Positions 16,857 to 17,168 of a stretch of DNA of 17,168 bases are shown here, one piece after another (the first letter of the stretch is position 1; every line of letters begins with the position of its first letter). Under the pieces are notes generated by a model. It did no database searches. It saw only the letters and a program-made list of their open reading frames with translations, and was not told the origin of the DNA. A program made the position numbers and the translations under genes. This stretch comes from Elusimicrobiales bacterium (GTDB lineage Bacteria > Elusimicrobiota > Elusimicrobia > Elusimicrobiales > UBA9959), in assembly GCA_049972095.1 (NCBI GenBank), contig JBMFKQ010000031.1, positions 1 to 17,168 of the forward strand, read 5' to 3'.

Positions 16857-17168
16857 AACAAAAGAAATAAGATACTTCTTTAATAAACTTGCATTGGATT
16901 GGGATAAAAAAGAGAGTAAAAAAACATTTGAAAACATAAAAAAGATAATATCACTGATAAAGATTAATACCTTTGAAAATGTTCTTGATGTTGGCTGCGG
17001 AACGGGAGTATGTTTTCCATATTTAACAAGAAAATTTAAAAATTATATTGGGATAGATCTATCTGATAAAATGATTGAGATAGCAAAAACAAAATATCCT
17101 TGCGCAAATTTTATAAATGGGGATTTCTATAAACATAAATTCAAAAAGAATCACTTTGATCTTGTTAT
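16846..17168 (+). CDS. Class I SAM-dependent methyltransferase (3'-partial; absent from ORF track)
   Basis: ATG 16846 reads [22 protein letters not shown]...[11 protein letters not shown]...[17 protein letters not shown]...FINGDF...HFDLV. Overlaps the end of sdhB by 11 nt and stays open to the window edge. Confidence 0.9.
   Translation, partial: MRSETKEIRYFFNKLALDWDKKESKKTFENIKKIISLIKINTFENVLDVGCGTGVCFPYLTRKFKNYIGIDLSDKMIEIAKTKYPCANFINGDFYKHKFKKNHFDLV

Noticed and set aside
16846..17168. Methyltransferase as RquA (rhodoquinone synthesis) or definite UbiE/MenG
   Set aside because: The SAM motif VLDVGCGTG is fully canonical, unlike RquA, and the fragment is too short and generic for a specific symbol.

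Overview
AT-rich bacterial window. The gene content (PorV/PorQ-like barrel-TPR protein, non-flagellar FliG-domain protein, NHL/transglutaminase protein) suggests Elusimicrobiota or a similar diderm lineage, but this is a low-confidence inference. The most interesting part is a minus-strand cluster at 1-5200. A consensus sigma70 promoter, flanked by a 16-bp palindrome, drives a GEMM/c-di-GMP-I-class riboswitch carrying A at the ligand-discriminating position 20 (possible c-AMP-GMP sensor), followed by an intrinsic terminator hidden in the first codons of the next gene. Three genes follow: (i) a PorV/PorQ-like outer-membrane barrel with C-terminal TPRs; (ii) an apparent single-chain FliF(RBM3)-TM-FliG(M/C)-TPR fusion with altered FliM-binding and torque-helix residues; (iii) a long Pro-rich/coiled-coil protein with near-identical 159-bp repeats, which is missing from the ORF track and runs off the window edge. 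No canonical flagellar gene is present, so the cluster may encode an undescribed, cyclic-dinucleotide-regulated, ring-forming envelope machine. The rest of the window holds an aminotransferase-tpiA-deoC-lipoprotein operon, a divergent lipoprotein, a YcbK/MepK-like M15 peptidase next to an NHL-propeller/transglutaminase-like protein, and sdhCAB (succinate dehydrogenase/fumarate reductase) followed by a truncated SAM methyltransferase. All family calls are by-eye motif recognition; no database search was run.
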